Shown here one piece after another: positions 29,781-43,310 of a DNA stretch of 64,000 nt; the stretch's first letter is position 1; every line of letters starts with the position of its first letter. A program made the translations under genes and the position numbers. Source of the DNA: Eledone cirrhosa (Eukaryota); NCBI GenBank assembly GCA_964016885.1, contig OZ024761.1, positions 12,772,001 through 12,836,000 on the forward strand, written 5' to 3'. The notes beneath the pieces were generated by a model. The model ran no database searches, was not told the origin of the DNA, and saw only the letters and a list, made by a program, of their open reading frames with translations.

Positions 29781-30278
29781 AAAAATGGTTTCCCAGCTGT
29801 GTACCTCGGCGCAATGAATGTGTCACATGTAATTAGCCTTCAGCGCACTCTAGGCGCCTTATGTCACTAGTAGAGTAATTTCACCTTAATACATAATACA
29901 ATCTCAAGGGAAGCAACTCCTAAAAAGATTCAGCATGCTAAAGATTAAGTTGCACTACAAATAAAGGAAGATTCCATTTGAAAATGTGAAAAAACAAATT
30001 GATTTCCCAATAATATTTGTCTAAGTAGGAAATATCTAAACTAAGGATGAAGTTATTGCCAAAAATCCCCCAAACACGTTTCTCATTGATAACTTGGCTC
30101 CATTTATTGACTAAAGAAGGAAGGGAGAAGTAATTTTTCTGTGTTTTTCTTTAATAATGAAATAATAATTTTAGTAAATCCCTCAAAATTCTTCTTTAAT
30201 TGAAATAGAGTGTATTTCATTATATATTTCATTAGAAATGCAGTCACGAAAGGGTTAAAACAAAACAGAAATATATAC

Positions 30279-30337
30279 CTTGCCTCCAATTTCCTTGGCA
30301 ATGATATTATTGACATTACCAACGGCATTAAAAACAC
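30279..30337 (-). CDS. ENO: Enolase coding exon 3
   Basis: (S)VFNAVGNVNNIIAKEIGGK; ctacAG| acceptor, |GTATAT donor; 59 nt. Confidence 0.95.
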
Positions 30338-30466
30338 CTGTAGGACACAGAAAAAAACAACGAAATTTTATTAGAGAAATTCTAGAAAATAAAGTTTATT
30401 ATTTTAATAAAGAAAAGTGATATTTCAAAGTGAAATAGATTGATAAAGAGAGAGAAGCTACTTAAC

Positions 30467-30562
30467 TCTTTCCATGATAGTTTTTACTATCTTTGTCTCT
30501 CATTTCTAAAGCCTCATAGATACCAGTTGATGCTCCACTAGGCACAGCAGCACGGAACATCC
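30467..30562 (-). CDS. ENO: Enolase coding exon 2
   Basis: (G)[31 protein letters not shown]; cctAG| acceptor, |GTTAAG donor; 96 nt. Confidence 0.97.
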
Positions 30563-30611
30563 CTAGGAAATAGGACAAAAATTCATAAAAATCATACACA
30601 CACAATGTATG

Positions 30612-30646
<35 letters not shown>

Positions 30647-30647
30647 A

Positions 30648-31060
30648 TCATCATCATCATCATCATTTTAGGGTGGGACGGGTCTTATTCAGCACAGCAT
30701 CTCTCCACTTGTCACGGTCCTTTGTCATCTCCACCGTGAGTTTCTGAGGTCTGTTCTCACCACCTCCGCCCATGTTTTTCGTGGTCTACCTCTACCACGT
30801 CTTCCTCCATACCACTGCACACTCCATTCTATCCCCCTCAGAAACATCCATGCTGGGTCGTTCACGCACATTGACATTGCACATCCAACAGAGCATGCTT
30901 GCCTCATTTCTCTCCAGCCGTCGCATATCCTCCGCAGTTGCTGCCCATGTCTCACTACCATGCAGCATCACGCTCCTCACACAGGCATCATATAACTGGT
31001 CTTCCGTACGCAAGGAGAAACCCATCTTTGTCAGCAGAGGAAGCTGCTCCCTAAACTTCT
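30648..31060 (-). mobile_element. RTE LINE 3' fragment with internal deletions (same family, not hypermutated)
   Basis: YDACVRSVMLHGSETWAATAEDMRRLERNEASML...GRGRPRKTWAEVV plus (ATG)n tail. Confidence 0.9.
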
Positions 31061-31617
31061 ATACATATATATAATTGTTTCTACTTTTGGCACAAGGCCA
31101 GCAATTATCCAGTAGATTACTGGTACTTTATTTTATCGACCCCGTAAGGATGAAAGGCAAAGTTAACCTCAGCAGGATTTGAACTCAGACCATAAAGGGA
31201 CGTAACTCTTTGCTGCAAAGCATGGTGTCAGACCCTCTACCGATACTGCTAATCCACCACCCTTATATATATAATACAAGGGCGAATGGTTACTCCTTCA
31301 TTATGTTTATTGGTTGGTGACGCACGTTTCGCTACTGATCAGCTCAGGGTTTGATCTGTATCGATCTGGCCTGACCCTGGAGACCTCTCTAGTAGTACAC
31401 TCCCTAGATATAGATATATATTTTGTCACATCACCACACACACATGCGCACAGACACACACAGACACACATGCGCACCGACACACATGCGCACACACACA
31501 CACTACGCATGCACACACACACACACATGCAGACAGACAGACAGACATACACACATGCGCACAGACACACACACATGCGCCCAGACACACAGTAAAACAT
31601 GTAAAGAAATACCCTAC

Positions 31618-31702
31618 CTTTATCGGTCCACAAATCTACTTCAACCGTGGGGTTGCCACGACTATCAAAGATTTGGCGACCATGGACCTTTTTGATAACC
31701 AT
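31618..31702 (-). CDS. ENO: Enolase coding exon 1 (ATG at 31702; acceptor at 31719-31720 adds 16 nt of 5'UTR)
   Basis: [29 protein letters not shown]; donor G|GTAGGG; 85 coding nt. Confidence 0.97.
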
Positions 31703-34100
31703 GCTTGCAGATGTTTATCTGAAAAATACAGAGAGAAACTTTGTTATGTCATCAATGGAAAAGAGGGATATTTATGCCATCAATAACTGGATCATCATCA
31801 TCATTTTATGTCCGCTTTTCCCTGCTTGCAAGGGTTGGACTTGTTCTGTTGTGGGCAGTGTCCGGTCGGCTGACCTTGTCTTGCTCATACGGCAACTGAT
31901 TCTGGCTTCATTTCTACAGTTGGATGCCCTTCCTAACACCAACCTCATTTACAGTGAGTGCTGGGTGCTTTTTTTTTTGTGGCGCCTAGATGTCCACGTT
32001 ATAGTTTGGGCTGGGTGCTTTTTTGCCGTGGCACCTCGACGATCACTTTGTAGTGGAATGATAGGGACCCCAGTCCCTATCATCTCATTTCTACAGCTGA
32101 GTAAACTGGAGCAATGTGAAATAAAGTGTCTTGCTCAAGGAAACAACATCACCCGGTCCGAGAATTGAACTCACAACCTTTCGATTGCAATCCCAATGCT
32201 CTAACCACTAAGCCATGCGCCATATTTCTAGAAATAATTATTGATTTCATCTCTATAATATAGAATAGAAAGTATCTAATTATTTCATAACCAAATAATC
32301 TACTTAATATAATTGTTTCTACTATTGGCACAATGCCAGCAATTATCTCAGTGTATTACTGGTACTTTATTTTATTGACCCTGCAAGGATGAAACGCAAA
32401 GTTAACCCTGGCGGGATTTGCCATGCATTAGTCTGTAGCGCAGTAGAGATGACTGGGGAAGGAAGGGGTGATAGCGTCAACTGAGGAAGGAAGGGGTGTG
32501 TTTGTATGTTTGTATTACTTGTGTGAGTGAACGCGAAGGAACCAACAAATCAAGAAGTTGGAGTGATTTAATTCATAATTAAGCTGGTGTTTGGAAGATT
32601 AAAAATGTTCTTAAAATTATGATGGAATGTTTTTAGATAAATATAACTTTAAAGTTAAACAGATTTGTATGATAGAACCCGAGGTCATTTCAGCACCTGC
32701 TGGAAGGTTGCTAGAGGACTCTGCCACCATGACCGTTCCAGGAATAAGTGGGGGAAGATAGTTGTAATTCTAAACACTGAGAAACTGTGACAACTTTACA
32801 CTGTAGTCACTGAACCAGACAGTTTGAGGTATTAATAGTTTGTCAAGTCAGTGAACCATGTCGTGTGAATTGCGACAACCTTACACTAATTCTGTGAAGT
32901 CAGTGAACCAAGTCATGTTAACCTTGACAACCTTACACAGTAATTCTGTGAAGTCAGTGAACCAAGTCATGTTAACCATGACAACCTTACACAGTAATTC
33001 TGTGAAGTCTGACATGGTATGGTATGATATAGTCTCGTAACTGCTGTCCAGCGCATTTTAAAAGCTGGCAGAGCTCATCTCTCCAGGTCTCAGTGAAATA
33101 AGCAATGTTAATTACAATTAAAATTAAGGGAAACAACCTTTTGTTAAATTAGCAATTCTGGTTTTAAGGGAGACAACTCTGAAATAGATTATTAAAAATA
33201 TTTAAAAGTAAAATAAAATTCATTCGTATTATTAACAATTCTTTAAAGAAAGTATTTATATATAGTTTATGTCCAGTAAAGAGAAGAGGACCATTTCAAA
33301 CCGAAGAACTACTTTAGCTATAAATTAAAATAATAATCGAGACTACCGGAACAAAATAATCTATTTGAAATTGCTTCCACGTCTGAGTGATAAGTTATGC
33401 ATTTTATTTTTAACACAAACATATTACATAATTCTCTCATCTCTTTCTGTTCAAACTGGCTGTAACCAGCAACTGATGTTAAGGTATTGTTCTCAAAATA
33501 AATAACATCAAAATCTTATAGATTCGATATTATGTGATGTTAAAATCTTTACTATGAATATATATAGATAATAGCAAATATAGAGTAATGTAAATGCTAA
33601 AAGGTTAACATAATAAAACTATGATAATCATAGCAAATATAATAAAGATAGATTAAAGTGCGGCAGACAAGAGGAAAACAAGAAATAAATAAGAAGAATG
33701 TATTCTTTATGGCTTGTAACAATTAACATCTATAGGAATGTATAAATAGAAATATCAAAAGGTAGTCGAAGTGAGTGTTGACTGTTAAGTAGTTTCGAAA
33801 CGCTGTGTCAAGGTCAAAAATGAAGGTGAAGGCTGTTGACAATCTGAAGGTCATACCCAGCCTTTCCTTGCTACTACTACTGCTATTATTATTTCGTCCT
33901 TCCCCTAGGTCGATTTAATCGCCCCACCCCTCCCCGTCACCCCCAAACATGTTGGCCTTGTGCCTAACCCAGAAATTATTATTAAGTGCACAGATTCGCC
34001 AAATTATGTAACACACACACATACATATAAATATATATACACACATACATATATATATATATATAAATACACACACACACACACACATATATATATAAAT

Positions 34101-34133
<33 letters not shown>

Positions 34134-34246
34134 AACACACACACACATATATATATAAACACACACACATATATATATAAACACACACACACATATATAT
34201 ATAAACACACACACACATAAATACACACACGCACACATAAATATAT

Positions 34247-34320
<74 letters not shown>

Positions 34321-35056
34321 CGTTATGTAGCTGTCATAGTACAGTATATTATTACATTCAGAAAAGTATATATTTTAATAATCACATCTTTGCTTTTCAA
34401 CTGCTGAATGTCAAAGAAACCTAATAACATTTGAAGCTGCAGGAACTGGTGATGATGGCAGGTAGAGGTTTTGACAAGGTACGGGCTTGGCGGGGTAGTG
34501 ATTAGAAGAGAAAGGTGTGTGTTTGTGTGCTGGGATTAAGGTATCACCTTAGAAAATAAAAAATAAAAAATCACACAAAAAAGTAAAGGGGTACTCGGGG
34601 TTATTTTTTTAACACTCAATTCTGCCAAGCGACTGCACTATTTTAATGCAAAAATGCATTGCATTTGCAGTGTAGTAACAAACGCAACACTTTGGTAATT
34701 CGATTATTAAATAAACCAAATCTATATTATAACTGTACAGCCTTTATGTTCGTCTGTAACAAAAAAAATGTTCTAAAATTCCCTATTTAAATTTCTTAGG
34801 GAAAATCTAAAATGCTCCCTACAATTAGTGCCGTCTATCCGCCTGTCCCTTTTCTCTATGAATATGAATGTGCGCGTGTGTGTGTGTGTGGAAATGGTTT
34901 CTGCAGGACTAGAACTGATGATTTCCTTCGAATGAAACAGTTCTAGTCCTGCAGACGCATTTTCTATATTAAATATTTATACTCTATGTATTGAGAACCT
35001 TACTTACTGTGGTTACCCCCGATTGAACCCGGGATACACACACACACACATATATA

Positions 35057-35092
<36 letters not shown>

Positions 35093-35584
35093 TACATACA
35101 TACACGATGTACAAACAGGTTTTTTAAAAAAGTTTGGTGAACAAACCGAACATTATTTTAGTCGGTCGTATAAAAATAACAGGTTTCGTACTACAGTAGT
35201 TTGCTATAGTATAAAATAGAGAGCAACATTGATGCAGTGTTATTTCTAGTGGGAGGGAACCATCAGTACCCAAGCTACCACCGCCATTAATGCCCTAACA
35301 TAAATTATCCTGCCGTAATGGTTTAAAAAAAAAAAAAAATCGATAGAACACAAAACAAAACTATCATCGATACTATTTCATCTGAAACTCACATCGATAG
35401 ATTATGCCGCACATACTGATTTCACTGGCTTTTATTTACATAGGCCAATATATCTCGATTGTATATAAGGCTAGAAGAGAGAAATGTGAAGATGTGGCGT
35501 TCATTCTATTCCTAATATGAATAGCGCTGATTTATGTCAATAGAAGTTGGGACTATCTGTGACATTGACATTAGACAGGTCACA

Positions 35585-35633
<49 letters not shown>

Positions 35634-35669
35634 AAAGAAATCAAAGAACGCCTACATACTCATACAATT

Positions 35670-35729
35670 TTTATTTGCTGACAATGTTTCATCCATACCA
35701 TGGGGCAGGAATCATCAGAGCTTAATAAA
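35670..35729 (-). ncRNA. Type I hammerhead ribozyme in enolase intron 1, sense to the enolase pre-mRNA
   Basis: tttatt-aa-gct-CTGATGA-t[tcc tgcc ccat ggta t gga]t-GAAAC-att-GTC^agc-a-aataaa. Stem I has an internal loop; stem II is closed by U-U rather than the canonical G-C. Confidence 0.65.
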
Positions 35730-35765
35730 CAAAAATACAGTGCTGAGTATAAGCTCTACCAAGCT

Positions 35766-35799
<34 letters not shown>

Positions 35800-37419
35800 G
35801 TTTTAAGTGTTAAATATTTCCGTAGAAAAGGTAAAGGAAAGAGTGCTCTATGTATTGTACAGTATTTAATTATGTAATAAACAATAATTATATTGTGTTT
35901 ATTACATAAATAAATTATATATATATATATGTTATTTATTATTTTTTTCCCACATATATATGATCGAAATCACGATTCTACTATCGTGAGCAGAGCACCC
36001 TAACCACTAAGCCACACGCCTTACAAACACACACATTATATATATATATATTATATTTCAGTTGGTTTTATATATAATATATATTATATATATATATATA
36101 TAAAACCAACTGAAAATGGGCAGATAATTGGTGACGTAATGTTCGCTAAACACAAATTAATTGCAGGGTTCAAAGCGAATTATTTGGCAGTTAGGCCCGA
36201 TCTGTCTACTACGAGACTGTTTCTATTATCATATCATCTCAAGGACGTTATATAAACCATCCATACAAGTTTATATCATATTACGATTTTATTGTCACTA
36301 AACAATGCAGCAGAAAGAAAAAAAAAGCAGTATTTTTTTGTTAAAAAAGACAACTGTCGACTTTACAATAAAATGTTTCTTAGTTATTAACCGCCTGCCC
36401 GCATCACACTGATTCTTCTTCTTGGCTAGATGTGGTCAGGTCACAGCTGAACACATTGCTGTCCTTTCTCATTAAACACTGCCAAGGCCAAGGCTGTACA
36501 AATCCCGCCGAGGTTAGCTCTGCCTTTCATTCTTACGGGGCCGATTTAATCGACTTTTCCCCTCTCCCCAAATTGCAGGCATTGAGCATAAAGTAGAAAC
36601 TATTATTAATCCTTACGGGGTCGATAAAATAAAGTACCAGTAATGTACTGGGGAAGGGGGGAGGTAATTGCTGGCCTTGTGCCAATAGTAGAAACTATTA
36701 TTATGGTAGTATTTTTTTTTCATATCTCTTATGTCAAATTATGTTGGAATTTTCTAATATGGTTCAAATGGCTGGTTTTGCTTCATAGAACCAGTGGTGG
36801 TTTTAGGGGTGGGTGGGGGATGGTTGGAAAGTTCTAATATATAAATAGGAACACGTTAAAATGATTGGTTTTGCTTCATAAAACCTGAGGTGGTTTTAAG
36901 ATGGGTTGCTATCAACATTTTCAGAGTAAAGTGCGATTACACATTATCATAAATAACTAAATTTCGAGAAAGAAAGTACCCCTGACTCCCTTTCTCGAGT
37001 TATTGTTTTAAACCAGTTACCAAGATGGTAATGTTAAATTTGGCCTAGAGTACTTCGGACAGAGAAGTTTAATTCTCTCTGTCGATTGATAAAAGGAAAA
37101 ATTGGGGTCATTATTAAAAAATAAGATAAGACAGACAAAACAACATTTGATAGATTAAACGTTTAATGCAGAAACACAGAAAAATAAAAATGTGTGTATA
37201 ATATATACACACACACATATACATTATAGAGCGTGATGTTGGCGGACGCAAGAATGAGTACTCAATAGCGAAGAAGAGTTTAGTGATATTCTTTATTACG
37301 GCAAGATATCTATCAGGCAGGTGTTTGACGATCTTGTGAGTACACAGGTGAAACTACAACTTTGTCATATATATATAGCTCACTATACATATACTATATA
37401 TCTATACATATAGCTCACT

Positions 37420-38060
37420 ATATATATATCTCTCTCTATATATATATCTATCTATATCTCTCTCTATATATCTATCTATATCTCTCTCTATATATCTATC
37501 TCTCTCTATATATCTATATATATATCTCTCTCTCTATATATCTATATCTATATCTCTCTCTCTATATATCTATATCTATATCTCTCTCTCTATATATCTA
37601 TATCTATATCTCTCTCTATATATCTATATCTATATCTCTCTCTATATATCTATATCTATATCTCTCTCTATATATCTATATCTATATCTCTCTCTATATA
37701 TCTATATCTCTCTCTATATATCTATATCTATATCTCTCTCTATATATCTATATCTATATCTCTCTCTATATATCTATATCTATATCTCTCTCTATATATC
37801 TATATCTATATCTCTCTATCTATATCTCTCTATATATCTATATCTATATCTCTCTATATATCTATATCTATATCTCTCTATATATCTATATCTCTCTATA
37901 TATCTATAAATCTATCTATATCTATAAATCTATCTATATCTATAAATCTATCTATATCTATCAATCTATCTATATCTATATCTCTCTATATATCTATAAA
38001 TCTATCTATCTATCTCTCTCTCTCTATACATATCTATATCGCTCTAATCTATCTATATAT
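37420..38060. repeat. (TATATC/TCTC)n microsatellite
   Basis: Direct inspection. Confidence 0.95.
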
Positions 38061-38799
38061 CGATCTGAAGAAAACTTCCACACGAAAAAGAAATCAAACT
38101 ATATATTGCCATCATCGGAAGTTAAAACATTATGAAACACTTCAAGTTTGTCGGCAAGTTACATTGAAACCGTTAATATTGCGTTTGTTCTTCACACATA
38201 TTCCACATCTACTTATTTGGTAACTTGACAAAGACTACAACCAAATAAACAGTTCTACATCTACCCTCCTCCAGCCTGCTAACCAATTTCATTGACAAGG
38301 TTTGCGGTTGACCCAAAATCTATCTCAAGAGATACTTGCTCAACATGTTATACAGTGGGATCGAATCCAAACAACCTTGATTTACCTCTCACCAGACACT
38401 TCGATTTCTGTTCAGGTATCGATGAAATAAATCACCGAGCAAATATCGAAATCGATTTAATCAACTCCGGCCTTCGAAATGTTTTTAACAGTCACAATGC
38501 CCTCCACCAATTTCAAGATTATATATCGATTATATATTGAATCATTTACTAAAGTTATCGTAGGATAATTTTCCAATATTGATAATAAACAACATATATT
38601 TTTTATTAGACAAAAAAAGTATTTTTAGCTTTTCGGGTTTTCCCCCTTAGAGAAAATTTAGAAGATCTCAGTGTATTACTGGTATCAATGGTATTGATAT
38701 ATCGATCTCAAGATTTCACTAAGTTTATCGAATCACGAGATGATCTAAAGATTTTACTAATTTTATCAAATCACGAGATAACAGATCTCTAGAGACAGG

Positions 38800-38858
<59 letters not shown>

Positions 38859-39025
38859 CATATAGATATATGGCAGTATACAATCCAAATACTTTTGAAT
38901 ATATACATATATATATATATACACACAAATGTATTTAGAGATTATATGGATGAAGAACAAGATCTATCTGATCATGTAAAACATTACGTGACCAGCGACA
39001 TCCGTGAATACACACACACACACAT

Positions 39026-39115
<90 letters not shown>

Positions 39116-39398
39116 CTAAACGGCTCTGCTTTCAAGCATTGAGCTAATTAAATACTGTCATAAATTCGACAGGACGCCTCTATCTTATAATATATTCTGT
39201 TGTCTAAACATATATATATATATATATTTTAATATAGATGAGATTCTACAGGACTAGAACTGTTTCATTCTTTAGAAATCATCAGATATATATATATAGA
39301 AAGCAACACATAATTATGTATATCTAATCTATAAACACATATGTGTACATATATGTATATAATATAGGCATACATCTAGGCTTATATACACAAGTGAT

Positions 39399-39432
<34 letters not shown>

Positions 39433-39857
39433 AGTATATGTGGGGGACATGTATATTTCTATAGCCGATCCCCTATATATCTGTGTGTCTGAAAAAACGA
39501 AACAAGCCATAATAGATACATGAAAAATAAATCTGATCAAGTAATATAATAAATATATATTTTCTTCTCACTTCTTTTTAGATTTAATATAAATTTAACT
39601 CCAATCTTTTTATGATTATTAATAAAGAAAGGCAAAGCCTGTCATATATAAATATTTGAGTTTTGTTCAAGGACGTTGTGTCAAGGACATCAAGTCAAGG
39701 TCATAACAATGGAAATAGATTTCGTTAAATAAAATGACTAAATAACAAGGACCGAGCTGAAAAGGGTATGTGTTAGTTAACAAGAAATAGGGTAAGAGTG
39801 TTTTAAAGGGGCTGTTATTTAAAATTAAAGTAGGGAATATAATGGTAAAATGGTTAC

Positions 39858-39920
39858 CGTTTGTTGTAAGACGGAGATGTGTTCAAAGTGACGGCTTCAA
39901 GACGAAGACGCTGCGGCTGC
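39858..39920 (-). other. Candidate non-coding first exon of enolase
   Basis: The ATG exon has an acceptor, so an upstream exon must exist. This unique CpG-containing stretch ends in ACG|GTAACC and sits next to the promoter-like region. The 5' boundary is a guess. Confidence 0.35.
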
Positions 39921-40139
39921 TACAGATATATATTATATATATATACTCATCTACATATGTACATATATGGGCATAACTCGTCACAACGAGAACACCACAT
40001 GTGAAAATTTATGTCATATACCAATTTTTTTTTAATTTACAAACGAAGTATTTTTTCTTTACTAGATAAATTCAATATATTTAAAAAAATAAATAGTTTG
40101 GGTTTTGTTTTAATATTTAGTTGAATTTAATTTGAGATG

Positions 40140-40280
40140 GATTGGGGAGGTGGGAGGTGAAATGGCGGAAATGAATAACTTAAAAGTTTCGTCATGTGTC
40201 GTCACCAGTCGGTAATTTCCGTTTGGTTTCGGTAAAGTACGCCGCCTCTGCATTGGTAGCTTGTCTCGGCTGCTGCTGTT
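40140..40280. promoter_or_regulatory. Putative shared (bidirectional) promoter core between enolase and ACAP
   Basis: Repeat-free, CpG-enriched patch with AAATGGCGG (YY1-like) overlapping GCGGAAAT (ETS-like), plus TTTCCG and ATTGG motifs; lies between divergently oriented genes. Confidence 0.4.
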
Positions 40281-40294
40281 AGCATTACTTGTAT

Positions 40295-40308
40295 ATAGTA
40301 GTAGTAGC

Positions 40309-40342
<34 letters not shown>

Positions 40343-40785
40343 CTATTACTACTTGTTAGAAGGGGTAGCATTACTGCTATTAGTAGTAGTAGTAGTGGAT
40401 TTACTGCTGCTGCTATGACTATTTGGTGGTAGTACTTTTGCTATTTCTTACCACCACTTGATATTACTACTACTACCACTACCACCACTTGATATTACTA
40501 CTACTACCACTACCACTACTTGATATTACTACTACTACTGCTACCACCACCACTACCATTACTACTGCTATCACCACTACTACGACTACTACGACTACTA
40601 CTGTTACTACTACTACTACTGCTACCACCACTTTATATTACCATTACTACCAATACTACTACTACTACTGCTACGACCGCTACCACCACTATTACTACTA
40701 CTGCCACCACTACCACTACTACTGCCACCACCACTACTGCTACCACCACTATTACAACTAACTACTACTACTACCACCACTACTA
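40295..40785. repeat. (TAG)n followed by (TAC/CAC)n trinucleotide repeats
   Basis: Direct inspection. Confidence 0.9.
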
Positions 40786-41340
40786 GTATTGTTGGTGCTG
40801 CTAGTGTGTGTGTGTGTGTTGTGTTGTTTTGTAAAGTCTCTTTAGTAGTAAACATGGAAGTTGGAAGATAGATGGACAGATATATATCTCTTTCTCTCCT
40901 TACGCCAGTTGACAACCAAATACACACACCACTTCATACTTAACTGACGAAACTAAATTTATCCGCCCCCTTTTTTTTTTATCTCTGTCTCTCGTTTATT
41001 TGAACAAATAACAAAACAACTCAGCCAAAAAAAGATTTAGCCAAGTTTTTTTTTTGTTCTGGAAATATAACCAATGTTATGTCAGTGTGATCTATAAGAG
41101 AGAATTACTTGCTTGTTGGTTGGATAAGTCCAACTTTATTTCACTTTCTTCTTGTATAATCTTTTTAAAAAAAAAATACACCACACCACACCACAGCATC
41201 ACTATCGTTATTAATATCATCATCACGATCATCACCACTGCTGAAACTAACCTACCCCTACAACAACAACAACAACATATAAAACCTTTTTATTCTCCCT
41301 TCGTACTTAACTGTTCTTTCTCGTCTCTTTACCACAAATA

Positions 41341-41393
41341 ATGAGACCCGTTATTGAGTTCAGGGAATGTCTGAAAGATTCACCATACTTCAG
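41341..41393 (+). CDS. ACAP: ACAP / centaurin-beta family ArfGAP (BAR-PH-ArfGAP-ankyrin), first coding exon
   Basis: ATG...TTC AG|GTAAGT; 53 nt. MRPVIEFRECLKDSPYF(R) matches the ACAP N-terminus (ACAP2 MKMTVDFEECLKDSPRFR). No second exon was found in the window. GRAF/oligophrenin N-termini are related but a poorer match. Confidence 0.85.
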
Positions 41394-42029
41394 GTAAGTT
41401 AAACAACATTATGATCGTCTTCTTCGTGTTTATTCGTCTTCTTCAATCTTTCAGCCTCAAACAATTTCTTTATTTACTCAACTTCTTTCTCTACCATTAG
41501 AAATATATAAATCTGCATTTATCTAGCGATGTCTATTTCTATACCGATCTATCTATGACTGTATGTCTATCTATCTATCTATATCTATCTATTTATGACT
41601 ATCTATGACTCTGTGTCTATCTGTCTACGACTATCTATGACTGTCTATCTATCTATGTCGATCGATCTATGTCTATTTATTTGTCTGTCCGTCTATCAAC
41701 GTATATATGTCTACCTGTCTGTCTATTTATATTAATCTGTCTATCTATCTATCTATGTTTCTCTGTCTATCTATTTGTATGTATCTGTCTATATTTGTCT
41801 ATGTGTCTATGCCTGTCTATCTACATCTGTCTATGCCTGTCTATCTACATCTGTCTATATCTATCTATCTAGATCTATCTATCTGCATTTGTCCGTCTGA
41901 CTTTCAAGAAATCCGTTCCATGTTCTACGGAATCTATGATGGAATAAATATATGATACAGAACAGAATAGAATTAACAAATAATTCATTTGGCTGCTTGA
42001 GAGGGGATTAAACTTTCCTATTTGGGTGC

Positions 42030-43310
42030 AGTTGGTAGAAATGGTACTTTCAGAATGCCGGATGAAATGGTAATTACCGAATGCCGGATGAAAATGCCTT
42101 GCATTTCATTTAAGCTCATCTCATCTTTCTACGTTCTTTGCTAAAAACCTGTCCGAGGTTGATAATACAATTTTCCCTCTTCTCCTTACGTTGTGAATTC
42201 AGATCTTGCTGAGGTCAATTTTGCATTCAATCCTTCTCAGTGGGGGTCAATAAAATAAAGTACCTGTTATACAGTAGGGAAGGGTCGATTATAATCCACT
42301 TTCCCTCCGTTCTCCAAATTGCTGACCTTGTGCCTTACTCTGTTTGAAAGAATTATTTCTACAAGTAGCTGTCAAGTGCTGCCGGTTCGGTTTAATTGTC
42401 TCACCACCTCCTCTCACCTATTAAATCATGGCCTAGCGCCAATGAGTATTTAGACTCATTATTATCACAGGAAACCATCATTATAAACATGGAGATTGGT
42501 AGAATCATTAGAGCGTCCAAAAAAATACTTTGCAGTATTTCTTCTGGCTGGTCCTTAACATTCTGAGTTCAAATGCCGCCGAGGTCAACTTTATCAATGA
42601 AGTCAGGATCAATGAAATCAAATAAAATCAAATAGCAGACCAGTACTAGGGCCAATCTAATCGATTAAACATAAACAATCAGCACATTTTTCTCGTTTTG
42701 TGCATATGGTAGAAATGTTATTGAGAGGTTGACTTTGTCTTTCACCCTTTCGGATGTTTTATTGGGATTGATTTAATCAAGCCCCAATCCACATTACTGA
42801 CCTTTTATCGAACTAAATAACACATTATTTAAGCAGCTAAGTTGAGAGAAAAAGAATTGTATAAATGGTGGCTTTAAAATGTTTGCAATATTTATTTCTA
42901 TCTCTTGATTTCTTAAGTTCAAATCTTACCTAACTTGACTTTGTCTTCCATCCTTCCCGGGACAATGAAATAAAAATAGCGTAGTAGTCAACTTATAACG
43001 GGGTTGGATATTAAATTACTATTATGGTGCTCTCCGCCCCTAAATCTGTTTCGCCTTCCTATGATATTTCTATAAACCATGGAAGAGTTTGCCTTCAAAT
43101 CTTTCCCGTGGGGCCGATAAAATGTTATACCAGGGAATTTCTAAGGAGATTGGTGTAATCCACTGTTCATCCCTGTCCCTGCCCTAATTTTGTAGTTTTA
43201 TACCTAATTTAGAAACCACTACTTGGGTAGATTCGATCTAATCAACTACCACCAACCCTCCTTCACCCAGATAGCTGGCCTTGTATCTAAATTAGAAACT
43301 ATTATTAAAT
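42030..43310 (+). mobile_element. Field of old, degenerate SINE copies near the 5' end of ACAP intron 1
   Basis: Several decayed gagttcaaat..gaggtcaacttt..gccttc..gataaaat and ggccttgt..agaaac segments. Confidence 0.55.

Noticed and set aside
38380-38990. ATCGAT (DRE-like) cluster and a single TACGTG (HRE-like) in enolase intron 1
   Set aside because: Several ATCGAT instances appear to derive from decayed SINE sequence, and one short HRE core is expected by chance.
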